DNA of 63,957 nt, filler included, from Folioceros fuciformis (Eukaryota), in assembly GCA_049999805.1 (NCBI GenBank). It is 12 parts of 12 records of this genome, joined end to end, with 100 filler letters (N's around TTAATTAATTAA, not from the genome) between each part and the next. Parts side by side here need not be neighbours in the genome. Positions count along the whole stretch, not along the records: positions 62,945 to 63,957 come from JBNGIO010002385.1; 11 more parts are not named here. One strand, 5' to 3'. This document shows, piece after piece, positions 63,400 through 63,957 of the stretch (positions are counted from its first letter, which is position 1; every line of letters starts with the position of its first letter). A program made the position numbers and the translations under genes. A model generated the notes under the pieces. That model did no database searches, was not told where the DNA came from, and was given only the letters and a program-made list of their open reading frames with translations.

Positions 63400-63957
63400 C
63401 AAACTTTGCACATTCATGGCATCCAATGACACATTCCGCTGCGTTTTTCCTGCACTCATTGCATAGCCATGCTGCGCATTATTTCCTTCTGCGCACATCA
63501 CTTTGGTCAGCCGAAACCGCCACCACGTACTGTGCTGCAGAGGGAGGTCCTACAACCTTTTTGAGACTCGACCACGCATCCACATCCACTGCCACCATGA
63601 CAGCCAATTGTAGGTTGATGCGTAAGCTTTCCCCCACCCAATCCAAGCACTGTCAGTGCCACAGCTCCATCCCAGTTTGCAAAGTTAGGTGTAGCATTTC
63701 CCAACCAAGCTACCCTCTCGGAGACACAGAGAGACGTGCACAATTAAAGACCGTCACCACCGTAAAACAAGTGGCAAACCTTGCACATTCACATCATCCA
63801 GTGGGGAGTCCCGCTGCGTTTTTCCTGCACTCCTCGCATACCCATGCTGCTTTATTTCCTGTTTTCTTCGAAACAGCTCCCCCATACTGCCCTAAAGGGG
63901 TTCTAGAACTTCCTTGAGACTCGACCACGCATCCACATCCATATTGTCATCCACTGT
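63400..63957 (+). repeat. Imperfect direct duplication (~350-375-bp period)
   Basis: ttgcacattca..ccgctgcgtttttcctgcactc at ~63406 and ~63781; ttgagactcgaccacgcatccacatcca at 63561 and ~63913. Confidence 0.85.

Overview
Eukaryotic nuclear DNA from a land plant. Short introns, plant-type RFT1/ATG18/ClpB3 and a probable sperm-flagellum protein suggest a bryophyte-grade lineage, possibly a hornwort; this is inference. The window is not contiguous: 11 identical 100-bp artificial linkers (N44-TTAATTAATTAA-N44) join 12 contigs, so adjacency across linkers carries no meaning. Host genes: (1) a multi-exon QRICH2/DUF4795-like coiled-coil gene (7801-14718, -) with 12 His-containing HFMEDTK heptads; (2) a divergent ankyrin-repeat gene; (3) RFT1; (4) a decayed, intron-retaining plastid-type ClpB fragment; (5) ATG18; (6) a small intronless MGCGGSK glycine-rich ORF. 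Most of the rest is decayed transposons: several Ty1/copia, Athila/Tat-like gypsy, two inverted copies of one L1-like LINE family, a solo LTR with a perfect TSD, a MULE/SWIM transposase remnant and minisatellites. Most notable: three candidate U12 (minor-spliceosome) introns plus GC-AG introns, the heptad repeat, and two tandem PBS-ORF modules at 49.2-51.5 kb with no recognisable gag. All calls come from manual reading; no searches were run.
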